NCBI RefSeq assembly: GCF_036321535.1
Contig: NC_087436.1
Coordinates: 24,926,001-24,990,000 of the forward strand
From: Camelus dromedarius
Lineage: Eukaryota
Direction of reading: 5' to 3'
Length of the DNA: 64,000 nt
This document shows, in pieces, positions 1-12,273 of this stretch (position 1 is its first letter; every line of letters starts with the position of its first letter). Made by a program: the position numbers and the translations under genes. The notes below the pieces were generated by a model. It made no database searches. It was not told the origin of the DNA and was given only the letters and a program-made list of their open reading frames with translations.

Positions 1-751
1 TACTCCAACCCAGAGAGAGGTCGTCTCTTGCAATAAATGGCCTGGCTGTATAAATAATAAAGTATAAATGGGCCTGAAGCTGCTGGGATTTTTGTGTGCA
101 GGAAATAGGATAACTCTCAGGAATTGATGGCACTGTTTCCCAGCTAGAGTCCAAGGGCTATTTAGTTAGTAATGGCCATAACAGAAATGGTTTCATGTCA
201 AGATGGAACCGCAAGAGCTAGGCAGAAAGAGAGCAACGGATATTAAAAGATGTCAACTACCAGCATGAGTATATTACAACCGGTGGCTCTAGGTAAATGG
301 AGCACACCAGAGCATCAGCCATGGGAGAGCCAGCCATCGGAAAACCTCGGAGGCCAATATCAACTCACATCTCCTGCATCCCTGAGATACTTGCTGAGGA
401 AGGCGAGAAAGCATAATTTATGAGCACTGGAGGCCTGATCTGTTAACACATTATTATCTTTGTCAGTTGGAGTAATTACCGACCTGACAATATTATGGAT
501 AGACATTCAGAGTAACAAACATTCCTGGGGTGATTGCAGGAAGTACAGTCAGGTTTCAGGTTGCCAAAGTGACCAGTCCACTCTTGTCCATGTCCCGGGG
601 CAGAAAGGTAGGCATGCTGAACTTGCTGGCTGAGGTGTTAAAATGCAAGGGGTATGCCTCCCTGGAAGTATCTCCAAAAATTAGGCAGTAGCAAATCTTC
701 AAACATCCCTTATATCAGATTCTGCTCTCAAGATAAAATTGTTAGTAGTTT

Positions 752-985
752 CCACTTAATGAGCACTTACTACGTACAGATGTGCCCAAAGATTTACACA
801 CTTCATCTCATTCAGTGTTCTCAGTGACCTTCTGAGGTAGGCAGTGTTATTACTTGCATTTTATAGATGACTGAAGTGAGACCCGAGAGGCTAACTGGCA
901 AAGAGAGTTGGTAAATACAGAGTCGGGAGTCAAACCCAGTGTTGCCTGATTCCAGAACTTGAGCTTCAACTACTATGCCATATTG
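752..985 (-). mobile_element. MIR SINE
   Basis: Reverse complement of the MIR core (cattttatagatgactgaagtgagacccgagagg) and tRNA-like head (gagtcaaacccagtgttgcctgattccagaac). Confidence 0.8.
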
Positions 986-1087
986 TCTCAAGCAATAATA
1001 AGAATGAAACAACAAATAACAGAGCATCCTCAGCTAACATTTATTGGATATTTGCTATGTGCTAAACATCGGGCTGAATGTTGGAAT

Positions 1088-1485
1088 AAATCAGGATGGG
1101 ATAACTACTGCAACAACCCTTATCTTCAGTGTCTTAACACAAAAAATTATTATTGCTACGGCATGTCCCAGTGCCGTGAGGTAGGCAGAGGTGTAGGTGT
1201 GTGGTGGGGCACAAAGACTCAGATCCATGTGGTCATTCAGAGACCCAAGCTTCTTCCCGCTGAATGTTCAACATGTGGACTTCAGAGTTACCATAAAATG
1301 AAAGAGAGAGATGACGAGAAAGGTACACCTGCTCCTAACTGCCTTAGCCCAGAATTGACAGCACCCATGGGCTCACAGTCTAGAGTCATGTTGAGTCACA
1401 TGGCCCACCTAGATAGAAGGTTATTGCAGAATGTACCGTGACTGCGCCCAGAAGGAGTAAAACATTCGGTGAGCATCTAGTTTAT
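1088..1485 (-). mobile_element. MaLR solo LTR (MLT1J/K-like), decayed
   Basis: MLT1-type motifs: cttcagtgtcttaacacaa, ggtcattcagagacccaagct, agtcacatggcccacctaga. Confidence 0.65.
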
Positions 1486-1504
1486 CTTTAATGTGGTATT
1501 TTAC

Positions 1505-1640
1505 CTGAATTAAGCTCGTTCTTAACACCAACTGTAGGGAGATTTTATTTCTGTGATACAGGTGAGGAAATAGAGCTACCAGGGAGGCTCCATTTTCTTA
1601 AGCTCACACAGCCAGGAAATGTTAGATGGGATGGCAACTC
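1505..1640 (-). mobile_element. MIR fragment
   Basis: acaggtgaggaaatagagct...aagctcacacagccaggaaatg matches the MIR core in reverse. Confidence 0.65.
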
Positions 1641-1799
1641 TCATGCAACAAAATAAGTTTGTTTGAAAAAAACCCAAACCCTTCATCTTGTGTTTGCTGA
1701 TGGTTTACTGGAATCAGCAACAGCGTTTCTCTCTGCAGTCATTCCCTATATCCAATAGTTGGTTCTCCAGATCTACCTGCTTATTGTAGCCCCCTCAGT

Positions 1800-2156
1800 A
1801 GCGTTGTTCTTTCTTATCTCTTGGTCTTTTCATGAGCTGCTGTTCCCCTATCTCTTGACTTGGGCCCCTCTGACACATCCTTCACATCTCAGCTTAGATA
1901 TCCTATCTCCATTTCAAAGCCTGAGATTCAGAGATTCTACAGTGAGCTCTCTTTTCATTCTGGGTTTCCCATATCACAGCACATGCCACACTGGTTTTTA
2001 ACATTCAGCAAATGAATTTACCTTCCTTGCCATAAGCTAAATTCTACCTGGGGAGAGATTTTGTGTAGTTCATCTATCTCTGCATCGTAGCATCTCAGAG
2101 GCCTGACACACAGAGTTCAATAACTATTTGTTAAATGAATGAATGAATAAATGAAT
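1800..2156 (+). mobile_element. L2 LINE 3' end
   Basis: Ends in gcctgacacacagagttcaataactatttgttaaatgaatgaatgaat, the L2 terminus with (TGAA)n. Confidence 0.75.
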
Positions 2157-2239
2157 CACCCAGAATTCTGAAGCTACCCTTACCCCTCCATGACTTTCAT
2201 CTCAATAGGTCGCCTTTCCTTTTCTTACAGATCTATAAT

Positions 2240-2500
2240 CATATTTGAGCCTGAGTACTCAAATGTGGTGGGTACTATATTAAGCCTTGGGCTGATTCAA
2301 AGAAGAAAAATACTCACCCTGTGCCCTCAAGTAGCTCTCAGTCTAGGGATGGATAGAGATAAGTAACTCTGAATTACAGTGCAATATGATAAGTGTCACT
2401 TATAGAGGAATGCATGAATGAAGTCCTGTGCACATTGGAAGGAGTGATTGGGGAAGTGGGGGAAAAGCTGCACAGAGAAGGGAACCTATGAGCCAGATTT
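2240..2500 (-). mobile_element. L2 3' region
   Basis: ccctgtgccctcaagtagctctcagtctaggg...attacagtgcaatatgataagtg is typical antisense L2. Confidence 0.7.
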
Positions 2501-2501
2501 T

Positions 2502-2994
2502 AAAAAAGTATGCAGATAAACACAAGAGAGCCTGAATAGACAAAACAGTCTTGAGAAAGAAGAACAGAGCTGGAGGAGTCACTCTTCCTGACTTCAGACT
2601 ATACTACAAAGCAACAGTCATCAAAACAGTGTGGTACTGGAACCAAAGCCAACACATAGATCAATGGAATAGAATAGAGAGCCTAGAAATAAAGCCATGC
2701 ATTTATGGTAAATTTATCTATGACAAAAGAAGCAAGAATATGCAATGGAAAAAAGACAGTTTCTTCAATAAGTGGTGCTGGGAAAACTGGACATCTACCT
2801 GTAAAAGAATTAAATTGGAACATTCTCTAGTACCAGGTACAAAAATCAACTCAAAATGGATTAAAGACCTAAATGTAGGAGTAGAACTCATAAAACTCCT
2901 AGAGGAAAACCTAGGCAGAACAACACCTTTTGACATAAATCATAGCAATAGTTTTTTGGATTTGTCTTCTAAAGGAAAAAGGAAAAATAAATAA
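2502..2994 (+). mobile_element. L1 ORF2 fragment (post-RT region)
   Basis: ORF 2551-2994 [28 protein letters not shown]...QWNRIE...FNKWCWENW is clear L1 ORF2p. Confidence 0.95.
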
Positions 2995-2999
2995 TTAAT

Positions 3000-3658
3000 G
3001 GTTAAGATTAAAGAGACAAATACCAAACACTGACTGGCAAAAATGAGGGGAAGCCAGAACTTTCATACACTGCTGGTAGGAATTGACAATGGTACAACCA
3101 TTTTGGAAAACAGCTTGGCAGTTTCTTACAGGATTAAACATATTGTTTCCCTAAGACTCAACCATTCCACTCCCAGATAGATATTTACAAGAGAAATGAA
3201 AATAACCTAACAAAGATTTGTACACATACTTTCCGAGCAATGTTTAACACAGTAGTCAAAACCCTCAATAATCCCTATGTTCCTCAATAGAAAAATGAAT
3301 AAACAAATTACAGTACGTCCATATAATGAAATACTCCTCAGGAATAAAAAGATACAAATTGCTTCTATACCAAATAGCATGAATGAATCTCAGAAACATT
3401 ATTCTGAGTGAAAGAAGTCAGACACAAAGAGTCATGCTGTCTGACCACACTTAGGTAACAGTTTAGAATGGGTGAAACGAACCTATAGTGAAAGAAAGCA
3501 GATCCTTGGTTGCCTGGGGCCAGAGGTTGAGATCGAATGTGTGTAAGTGAGCGGAAACCAGAATTTTGGGAGGATGAAAATATTCTACTTCTTGATTGCG
3601 GTAATAGTTTAACAGGTGCATGGCTGCATGTATTTGCTGAAACATCAAACTATGTGTT
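3000..3658 (+). mobile_element. Old L1M (L1MC/MD-like) ORF2 end and 3' UTR
   Basis: acactgctggtaggaat...ggtacaaccattttggaaaacag, atgaatctcagaaacattattctgagtgaaagaagtcagacacaa, ggttgcctgggg. Confidence 0.85.
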
Positions 3659-3719
3659 GGGTAGCAGAAACAACAGAAGTCTGTTACACAGATTATTCTT
3701 GACTCCAGTGAACAGAAAT

Positions 3720-4085
3720 CACTTGTTGATTCCAAAGCACCACGTGCTTTCCTGCATTAGGGTCTTTCATAAATGCTATTTCCTCTGTCAGGAATGTCCA
3801 GCCTTATATCTTTGGATGAAGCTCTACCAACCTTATGTGGCATCTTTTCAGTGATGTCAGTTTATCCAACTCAGTGATCTTGAGCTATCCTGCTCTGAAC
3901 CTTATTATTATTTTTATCTTTCTTTCAGGCCTTTTTCTTCATCTGCCTTAGGGGCACAAATAACTATTACCTTACTTGTTCTCCAGTGATCATGAGCTAC
4001 CTGAGAGCAAGGACTCTTACACCTCCAAGAACACACTGCCCAAGAGTGCGTCCGAGAGTAGGGATTTGTTATCAGTTGGCTGACA
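3720..4085 (+). mobile_element. L2 3' fragment, highly decayed
   Basis: tgctatttcctctgtcaggaatgtcc and gatcatgagctacctgagagcaaggact resemble the L2 3' region. Confidence 0.55.
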
Positions 4086-5164
4086 TAAATTAACGGCTTT
4101 TATTAAATAATTAATTAATTGTTTTTATTGTTTTGATCTGAGAAACAGATCTGTGTGATGTATGAAGTCACTTGTTTTCACACAGTGGTCCATTTGAAAG
4201 AGACCTGATATTTTTTTCTGCTGTTGTTGGTACCAGGTGTTCACAATGGAATCGGGAGGATTTGCCCCCAGATTAGATTTTAAAACTGAAACAGCTCCAT
4301 GTGAGTTGAGCCCAGAAGGATATATGACAGCTTTATAGAGATGTGTGGCAGTCAGGTCATGAAATCAAAGAGTTGCCAATATAAAACTATTATTTGTTCT
4401 GGGGAACTTCTAAAACAAAGGAAAAATAATTTTGCTTTTCTAAAACATGAAAGCTGATAGATGGTAATCATTTTCTGCTTGGCTGCAGTTATGACTTCAT
4501 AACAGAATACAGTGTATTAATGACCTTGCTGTGTTAATTGGAGAAACAGGTATATTAAGAATACCTATGAGATTTTAATACTGGTAATGTATTTGAATTC
4601 TTAACTGTATGGAAAATGGTGTGAAACATTATTTTTCAATGCTACGACTTTTATCCTCAAAGCCAAAGAATTTGAGTAGTGTGTTTAGAGCCTTATCAAC
4701 ACAGATAATTAACTAATCGACAGTGTTTTACACAGTCTATTCCAAGAAATGTTGAACCTGAGGTTGGAAAGATGTAAACGCTGTAACCCATGGTTACAAA
4801 GGAGAGAAAACTAACCCTATTGCTCGCTTCAAGTGCTCCCTGGCCATTATTTTCTTAACTTTATGGTTGCTGAAAGGTTTTTTTCCTGTGTACTAAAGAG
4901 ATGTAGACACAGATTAAAATTTTGGAGCTGAAGGTTTATAGAACCTAGACTTTTTCTGGGTTTATCAAGCCTTTGTGTGGTTCTCAGCCTGTGTCTGTTT
5001 CTCAGCTGTGTTTAGGGACAACATCACATTATACCCTCTGGCAGTGGAGAAGGGTAACTGGAGAGCACAGTCAAGGCAGCTTCCCTACCATGTTCTTTTC
5101 ACATAAGCTTAGTCCTTCCCACTGGTATCCTGGCGAGGGTCCTGAGCTAATCATCATGGTGAAA

Positions 5165-5328
5165 CTAGCCAACACTTATTGAGTGCCAGTTGTATGCTAA
5201 GCACTGTACATAGAATCCTATAAGTAGGTATCATTATGAGCCCCATTTAACAGATGAGCAAAACTGAGGCTTCAGTTAAGTAAACTTGCTCAAGCTTGCA
5301 TGCTAGTAAATGCTGGGATTTGAACTAC
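5165..5328 (-). mobile_element. MIR SINE
   Basis: aacacttattgagtgcc...ccccatttaacagatgagcaaaactgaggct...gggatttgaac. Confidence 0.85.
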
Positions 5329-6929
5329 AAATATTTCCTTATTTGGGGGCCACTTCTTAAAAGTGTACTCTTTGATGAGATTAGAAAGGGCTGAATGTCC
5401 TATCAGAAATGAATCAAACAGTACTTAAGAACATACCCTCTGTTCTAAATAGTTTTTTTTTCTCACGATAGGCTAAGTGAATTCCTATATGGCCAAGTTG
5501 GGAAGCATTGTTCTTTTTTTTCTGTCTTCAAATGGAAGTTATAGCCTTTTGAGGCTGCATACATAGACAAACACATAGATAAATACAATCCATACATTTG
5601 CCCTCTTAGTCTTGGATGTGAAAATCTAGTTTTAACAGAAATTTGTCAGTGCATGGTTAATAGGTTCAAGGTATGTGCACCCTATCTCCAGAATGTAGAA
5701 GGTTATGATTTTACATATTTGTCAGAAGGGGCTGCAGCATCCATATATTATTAGAGTGAGCTTGTCTAATGGGGATAAATGTACCACACTGTGGACTCTC
5801 AAGCTGGCAGGATACACAACTTATGCTCAGCGAAGCAGGGGGAAATATATTATCCCTCTGCCATGCTGTGACATGTGTATATTCTGTTCGCACTTCATGA
5901 GGGCATTAAGTCCAGAGAGATCAAAAGAAAATATGGAGACGGTCTTCCACTGCTGGCTCTTTAGCAGTTTCTGTTGGCTCACTGCTATTTGCATCTAGTG
6001 GAGAAGGCTCAATTGCTTCTTCAAAAGAGCATTTTTGTTAAAATATTGTATTTTATATTTTTTTTCTCCTGCAAGTTAACGTTACCCTAAATTGGCTGAA
6101 AATCCAGGAAGATTGTTAATAAATGATAACTCAAGGGAAAGAGTTCTACTCCAGTTAAATCATCATGAAGCATGGAATAAAATTTGAAAAAGTTGCTTGC
6201 ACATTATCCAAAAAACTTAAGTTCAGAATTTTATTTTCGAAAGACAGAGTTTTCACGAAACTTGCTTTGAATGATTGTTTTTATCTGGCAAGTTTCCTTC
6301 CATCCTTTTGGTGGTTGGTCTTTACAAATGAAAATACATGTGTTCTTGGTTAATGAATAAATCCTATGGGCAGATACTGTTCATTTTATTTAGAATAGCA
6401 AAAAATATATATATAAAGGCATAATTTTGGGGAGAAACTTTTCACAAGAATTATAATTTCCAGATCTTGTTTTCTGCATAGTGCAGTAGACTGTTCAAGC
6501 CAGTGGAATTGTTGTGGGGCAGGGTGAGGGTTCCAGGGGCTCATAGAAGGTATTCAGCAATGCGTCTTTGCTCCAGTACCAAATTGAGCCTGGTGTCAGA
6601 ACTGTGTCGTTGAACTGGAGAGATCAACAGTCTGATGGCCCACCTCTGTGAAAATGTAAGCGTGATGAGACAGGTTAAAACTGCACTTATCAACCCCCTT
6701 GGCAGTACTGAACAGATTACAGGATGGCATTAAACCAGGGGGTTGGAGCCAGAAATTCTGGATTCTCGTTACTGTGATTTCTACTTTGACCTCTGAAACA
6801 GAGAGGTAGCACTATGAATGAGACTTTCACATTTGCGCAGGAAACTTGACAATGGCTTTAGTCTAAAGAAGAGAAAACTGATACTTGAAGAGTCTGTCAA
6901 TCATAATTAAGCTCAGTGGATGTGACAGA

Positions 6930-7341
6930 GATCTGTTTCCCTCTCACATTGTAGAGGCTGGAGGTTTGTACTCCAGGGCTGCAGGGGCTCCATGAAATTG
7001 TTAGAGACCTAGGCTCTCCCTAGCTTACTGCTGTGCCTTTCTTAGGATGGTTCTTGATGGTAACTGGAACTCTAGCTAAAGTGGCAGAAGGGATTAAGAA
7101 GCAGATTAGGGGTACATACATGACATTTTTAAAGGAAGTTTCCTAGAACCTGCCTCATACTACTTTTCTTTGCATCTCATTGGCCCAAACTGAATTCCGT
7201 GGCCATGCCTAGCTGCAAAGGAAGTTGGGAAACATAGTTTCAATTCTGGGAGTCATCTGCTCAGCTAAGAATCAAGAGTTCTGTTCCTGACCAAGAGGGA
7301 AGAAAGGATATTGGTGTGGGTAACCTTAGTTTAGCATCACA
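6930..7341 (-). mobile_element. MaLR solo LTR (MLT1J/K-like)
   Basis: catctcattggcccaaactg...tggccatgcctagctgcaaaggaagttgggaaacatagttt is a diagnostic MLT1 block. Confidence 0.8.
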
Positions 7342-7699
7342 CAATTTTCTAATGACAGAGATTAGAAGTAGGTCTCCTGATGGTACAGTGCTCTTTGAGT
7401 CAAAGCAAATGAGCTCCTAAGCTTATATGGGGCCAATTTACGTATAGCAGGAAAGGAGAATAAAGCCTATTATGAGTTCAAAGTTGGGTTGAAAAGTTTG
7501 ATTCCAGCATTCTTTCACTTGTGCATTTTTGCCTATTTTCACATAATTGCTATTCTATTGAGTTTTATTTACTCTAGTTTAAAATAGAAATCTTAGAATG
7601 TAAAGATGATACTCAAATTTCCCATCCAGCCACATGGATGAAGCAACGGGAGGCAGAGTCACTTAACACCTGACCACAAACCTCAGTGGGTTCTGTGTC

Positions 7700-9612
7700 T
7701 GGGCAGCATTTAGGTTCCCTGGTCAACTCGCTCCACCATTTTCTGAGACTGTTTCACACCTCCTACTCCTCACCCTTTCCCTCACTTTAAGCTGATGGCC
7801 TCGTCTGTTATTTCACTGAGAGAATAAAGACAAACGTGAGAGTTTCTCCCTGTTCTTACCCTCACAAATCCTCCTGCCCCTGGATCCACCTACTTGCCTC
7901 CCTTTTGTTGGAATGGATGAACAGTCCTGTTTCTTTCGAAGCCCGGCTATCCACTCATGCACTAGATCCTGTCTCTTCTTCCTGCTTAAGCACTTTGCTC
8001 CTGCAGTTAGGTTCCCTTTCTCCAGCATCATCTTTTTCTTGACTCTGATCCCTCCTACTGGGGTTTAAAGATATCTATAGTCTCCCTTGACAAAATCACC
8101 CACTCTAGACTAAATTTCACGTCTTCTTTCAGGTATTCTCTGTTCTCCTTGAAAGAGAGGTTTTATATTTTACATTTATTCCTTGGCTCTTTCCCCAGTG
8201 GCTTTTATCCTGAACATTCCACTGAAACCCTTGTTGGGGCTAGCAGTGATTCCCATCTTGCCAGATCCAGTGGGCACATCTCAGTCTTGACCTATCAGTA
8301 GCACTTGACCTAGGTGTTCACATCCTCCTGGAAGCACATGTTTTACTTGGCATGGGTAATTCTACTCTTGCCTTGTTTTCTTCCTATGCTATGGCTATGC
8401 CTTCCCGTTTCTCTTTGCTGGCTCCTTCTCTCCCTGACCTAAAGATTTCGGGGATACTCTTGGGCTCAGCCCCTTGGTTGTTTTCTCTATTTTTTTATGC
8501 TCTCTCCTTAGATGATCTCGTTCACGGTCGTGGCTTTAAATATCATCTATAGCTAGGTGGTTCTGAATTTATATCTTCAGCCATTTCCTTTTCTCTGGGC
8601 TCCAGACTTGTATGTCTAACTTCTTTCTCAACATCTCTGCACTTGGATGTCTAAAATGCATTTTCAAATCTAACAGCTTCAAAATAGAACTCTTGATTCT
8701 CTTTTCCCCAACTGTTCCTTCCTCTCACTTTCGTCAACAGCACCACCATTCACTAAGTGGTTCAGACCAAAAACTGGGAGTTATCCTCGACGCCTCTCTC
8801 TGTCCTACAGACCTCACATTTAATATATCAGATGATCATCTGCAACTTCAAAATAGATCTAGGATTTAATCAGTTTCATCATGTTCACCATTACTTTCTG
8901 AGTCCAAGACCCCCATTTAGACTCGTAATTGTTTTCTCAGTTTCTCATCTCGCTCACCTCTCAAGTCAAGAGCTCCAGAGGTATCTGATTAAAATGTAAA
9001 TCAGGTCATGGAAGTCACTTTTCTGCTCAAAATCCTCCAGTGGATTTATTCAGTCAGAGTGAGACTCCAGCTCCTTACTGTAGTCTGCAAGGCTTCACTT
9101 GATCTGCCCTCTTCCTGTCCACCCAGTGTCATCTCCTGTCACTCCCAGCTCTACTACACAGGCTCTTTGTAGTCTTCAAAAATACTCAACCTGCAGCCTA
9201 CCTCAGGACCTTGACCCTGGCATTATTCCCGTTGCTTTGAGACCTCTATCCCCAGATATCTATAAGGACTGCTCCCCTGTTTTATATGAGCCTCGTTCTG
9301 ATATAACCTTCTTTATTTTTAAAATTTATTTTAGAGGAGATACTGGGGATTGAACCCAGGACCTCATGCATGCTAGGCACATGCTCTACCCCTGAGCTAC
9401 TCCCTACCCCTGCACAGGTTTATTTTAGCTCAGGGTGCTTATTACTACACTACATCATGATACACGTACATGAGACTTTTTTGTTTTTTTTATTGTCTCT
9501 ACCGTGTGAGTTCCATGAAGACAGGGGCTTTGTCTTGCTTACTCTTTATCCTCTGTGTCTAGAAAGGTTCAAGGTGATTGTGTGTGTGTTTGTGTGTAAC
9601 ATGTGAATGAAT
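7700..9612 (+). mobile_element. Long L2 (L2a-like) 3' portion, interrupted by a SINE
   Basis: Pyrimidine-rich L2 ORF2 remnants (ccagatccagtgggcacatctcagtc, tggctttaaatatcatctatagct, ttttctgctcaaaatcctccagtgg) ending in gtgaatgaatga. Confidence 0.85.
9312..9410 (-). mobile_element. tRNA-Ala-derived simple SINE (camelid Vic-1 type)
   Basis: Minus strand gtagctcaggggtagagcatgtgcctagcatgcatgaggtcctgggttcaatccccagtatctcc plus A-rich tail; Pol III A and B boxes present. Confidence 0.85.
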
Positions 9613-10561
9613 GATTCTGAGTCTTTGGAGAGACTTCAGTTAGTTACCTAAAGAAAAAATAAAATTTGTATTTAATCTGTGCTGAGCTGCCTCATCTTCA
9701 TGCCTTTCTTCTTTCTGGAAGAACAACTCAGTTTACAGTGAAATTAAGAGCAGTTGGGAAGCAAAATTCAGTCTGATTCCCCTTCTACAAGGTTTGTATC
9801 CCAAAAATGGTGTTGTGGCCAGAAACAAATCTATTAGCCACTCGAGCACACGTTACACTTCAAACACAGAAAAATGAGGGGAATTAGCTTCTAAATCCAG
9901 TGCTTCACTGGAAAGCCCTGCTTGCAAAAGTGTATGTGCAAATTGGATCTTTTCTCTCAAACTCATCTCTCGGTTACAGAGAAACATCCATTCCACACTT
10001 GTCGAATGTACTTGGTTTGAAAATCATTCTCAGGATGTTCAGAGTTGCATCAAGGACGTCTGCAGGGGGAACAATATGGTTAAACAGAAAAAGAGACTCA
10101 GAGGACCAGGAGGATTTGTCCCAGGTATCTGCTGAAAGTCTTTTGTGTGTGACAGTGTTACCCGTGGCGCCTGGTCTCCCACACCTTTTCTCTCCATTGA
10201 CATGAAAAGCAATGTGCATACTTTGCAGCCTCAAGCATCTCCTGACAGGTTTTGATTAGAAAATTTGAACTTGTCTGAATCAGCCATTTTTAAGGGGGAG
10301 GTGAAAACAGCTTGTTTAATACCAGAAAGGCTTTCCTGCCAGAGGGAGAAAACATGTTTCCTAACTGTGTATAAATGATCCTGGGTATTAGGCGATTTGT
10401 TTCCTGTCTATTATGAATCCCTTGACTACAGATAAGGTGGGCAATATTCAGTGAGGTTGTCTGACCCAAATTTGGTCACACAGTGTCAGTCATTTTGGGT
10501 TTATAATTGAAAAGAGCTGCTCTTTGGGGGTCCATGTATGTTGAACTTGAGCTGTGCAGGG

Positions 10562-10574
10562 TCACCTTTGACCT
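10562..10574 (-). promoter_or_regulatory. Near-perfect nuclear-receptor DR1 element AGGTCA-A-AGGTGA
   Basis: Plus strand tcacctttgacct, one mismatch from DR1, in repeat-free sequence. Function untested. Confidence 0.35.
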
Positions 10575-12100
10575 GTCATTCATGATTGTTTTCATCCTGT
10601 TGTAGGCAAAAATTTAAAGAATATTGTTTGCCTTTGGCAAACACCAAATTCAGTATTCAGGCACCAGATATCTGTTACTCTTATCATCACCCCTAGATAG
10701 CTGGGGATTTGGTTCCGGACCTGACCTTTCCTTTGTTCCTCTTCTTAGTCCCTTCATGAAGACAAAATCTACCATGGCTGGATCATAAGAAGGGGCTCTG
10801 ATTATCAAAACAGTGCAAATATATCAAGGAATCCAACACAGTTGTATGTGTTACTTCCCGTGGCTGTAGTAATAGGACTAGGTGTCCCATGTGGAATTTT
10901 AGGCAAAAGATGTTTTGGGACTGAGAACTCTGTCACTTCACATAGGTGGCCACCTCCTCAGCTCACCAATTAGATTGTTCCGGCTTTGGGAGTAATAGTA
11001 TAAATCAGGCCAGGTTCTGTTTGGCTGTTATCCTTCAAAGTAAGCTTCACATAGAACTCTTAACATGTAGATTTGGTGCAATCATGCTGGACTCTTAAAC
11101 ACTTATGTTTAATTTCTTTAGATTTTTTTTACTTATACTATTGATATATGTCTTTGGAAAGTTGGTGAAAAATGTTTCTCTGTAAATTTGGCTAGAGTCT
11201 GACTCTATACTAGAGAGAACTGTTAGCTTAGAAGTAAATGCCTTATTATTTTTTAGATAGCAACTGTTCTTGGACAGAGCGAGTAACTCACCTGGAAGAA
11301 TTTCAGTAAGATCAATGGAGCATTCTCTAAAGGAACAAACCCATCTAAGCATAAATCTACTATTTTTAGTCTTGGATCTGAAATTCCTCTTTTTCTCTCT
11401 CGTTGGTCATGATCTCTCTTAAAACAGCCAGGTCTTCAACTCGTAGATCATTAGGAGCTTTCATTTTGGACTTTTATCCCAATACTGAAGGCTGGAAGGT
11501 GCTGAAGGCTAGAAAGCAGTGTGTTTGATTTTAAGTTTCTCTGCATGGCCAGTAGTGGGATGATTTCTAACTGAACTCAATCCCTTTTGTCATTTATTTT
11601 TATGATAATACTAAGATCTGTGAACTTTTTGGAGGCTTTGGGATAAAAAAAATACCATTTTTAACTTGCACTACGCTTGCCACTTGGGAACATGTATTGT
11701 TCATTTTCTCTTAAGAAATCACCTAAGTAGATGAATGGCTCCGTATGGCTTTGGAGAAATAGAAAATACTGATGGAAAAGGTGCTGGTGACAACAATACA
11801 CTTGCAATTGCCATTTAGTTTATCCCTTTGTAATCCTCTGTTCCACCTCACTGAGGCTGGTAATGTGAAAACCAAACCCAGTACCCCTGACACTCAGCAG
11901 AGAGGTTGCCAAACTCACTGTGCCGACTCACTGTTGCCTCCCTCAGGAGGTAATCACTTTATGGGCGGAGGGTGCCTGGGAGGCTCCTCATGCTTCTTAA
12001 TTCTCTGAGGCAGGAAATGCAGATATGGCATCAGGGCCTGTTTTGCCTTTTTTGCTAGAAAGAACTCAGATGCTTGTCATTTGCTACCAGCAAGTGGCCT

Positions 12101-12273
12101 CAGCCCTTCGTACTCAGTCTGATCCCTGGATCAGCAGATGCAGCATCAGTCAGAAGGCTGGTCAGAAATGCAGAGTCCCGGGTTCCAGCCCAGATCCAGC
12201 AAAACAGAACCTGCATTTTACAAGATTCCTGGTAATTAGTCTGCATGTAAGGTTTCAGTTTGAGAAACACAGC
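12101..12273 (+). mobile_element. MER5A1-like hAT-Charlie element
   Basis: cagcagatgcagcatc...cagaaatgcagagtcccgg...cagaacctgcattttacaagattcctggtaatt...tttgagaaacacag. Confidence 0.8.

Noticed and set aside
959..1441. 160-aa ORF
   Set aside because: Runs across MIR and MLT1 remnants with no recognisable protein features; chance ORF.
2325..2350. miR-28/151-like sequence (aagtagctctcagtctaggg)
   Set aside because: Generic L2 sequence from which those miRNAs derive; no closely pairing opposite arm.
4237..4300. Exon-like segment ending in GTGAGT (also 6577-6655 and about 18525-18612)
   Set aside because: Mediocre splice sites and/or stops, and no recognisable peptide; indistinguishable from pseudoexons.
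6086..6095. CArG box CCTAAATTGG and scattered MEF2/octamer matches (e.g. 13701-13710)
   Set aside because: Isolated short AT-rich motifs are expected by chance in this composition.
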